Source: Fimbriosthenelais zetlandica
Taxonomy: Eukaryota
Assembly (NCBI GenBank): GCA_977030845.1
Contig: OZ365109.1
Coordinates: 24,056,001 to 24,120,000 of the forward strand
Length of the DNA stretch: 64,000 nt
Direction of reading: 5' to 3'
Part shown: piece by piece, positions 63,336-64,000 of the stretch
Layout of the letters: every line of letters starts with the position of its first letter
Position numbering within the stretch: position 1 is the stretch's first letter
Translations under genes and position numbers: made by a program
The notes under the pieces: model-generated
Told to the model about the DNA's origin: nothing
Database searches by the model: none
The model's input: only the letters and a program-made list of their open reading frames with translations

Positions 63336-64000
63336 CACTTTTAAGATGGAGCTCTTAGGCTCAGTTTGATAGAAGAAAATCAATCGCTCCCCGGCTATAG
63401 TGGCCTTGTCACCTTAGCTCTATAGAAGAGGGTGTTGATATAGGGCGCCTATTTCATAATATATATTAGGCCAATATATTATGAAATGGCCCTAAATACA
63501 CCAATCTTAACTTGCTTCCCCAGTGAATCATTTAAGTTTCTGTTTTGAATTAATTGGACCGTTTTTAAATGTCACTGTGCCCACTAACGCCAAGCACTGT
63601 TCCCATAGAAAATTCTCACATCGCACTTCCTCATGCTTGGTCTAAAATTACCTTTTGCCATTTACAAAACCATCCAGTATCTTCCAAGCCTGAAAAAAAA
63701 ACTCAGTTACATTCTACAGTCATATTACAGATTAGTTCGCGCTCGTGATATGATTACATCAATCATTGGTAAATTGCTTTTGAAGATGGTTGACAAGTCG
63801 AAATCCTCCCCGGATGGTACCGGGATGACACTCAGTGGTTTGCCACTGGTAGAACCCGCGTCAAATCTGCGGTTTCAGACCTAGTAGATCTCTCAAGTAA
63901 TAGATATTTATTTCACCAATTGCGGTCTCCCACCACACACTCTTCTAACATATGGCCCATCCCCTCAATACAGGTAGTGCCTTTTGGCTCGAACAAAGCA

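Noticed and set aside
549-63579. CACAGTG/CACTGTG heptamers as possible recombination signal sequences
   Set aside because: None of those I checked has a nonamer at 12 or 23 bp spacing.
63839-63860. Similarity to the miR-182/183 family (TTTGCCACTGGTAGAAC)
   Set aside because: Seed mismatch and no evident hairpin partner arm.

Overview
This is eukaryotic genomic DNA, most likely from a marine invertebrate deuterostome, probably an echinoderm. That assignment is an inference from the strong excess of TAGGCCTA and TACATGTA palindromes, the GA microsatellites and the repeat families present. I cannot support any protein-coding gene. The longest ORFs (150-187 aa) are low-complexity or resemble no family I recognise. 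I also found no rRNA, tRNA, snRNA, known miRNA or CRISPR array. The window reads as gene-poor, intronic or regulatory DNA. What the sequence supports well: (1) a family of about 45-95 bp MITE-like elements with CAGGGGCCTGTTTCA termini, about 10 copies; (2) an 861-bp element with poly-G/poly-C termini and an 8-bp target-site duplication; (3) a 322-bp element with a 5-bp target-site duplication that carries two blocks of (CCCTAA)n telomeric repeat; (4) microsatellites and local duplications; (5) several CpG-rich promoter- or enhancer-like islands. The best island is a probable divergent promoter at about 30.5-30.8 kb. Two perfect GRCGNC-N5-GTCTG BMP/Smad elements lie at 6.3 kb and 47.3 kb. Splice-site patterns suggest mostly non-coding exons, but these are low confidence. 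I did not find a convincing novel multi-gene system. All motif counts were made by eye.
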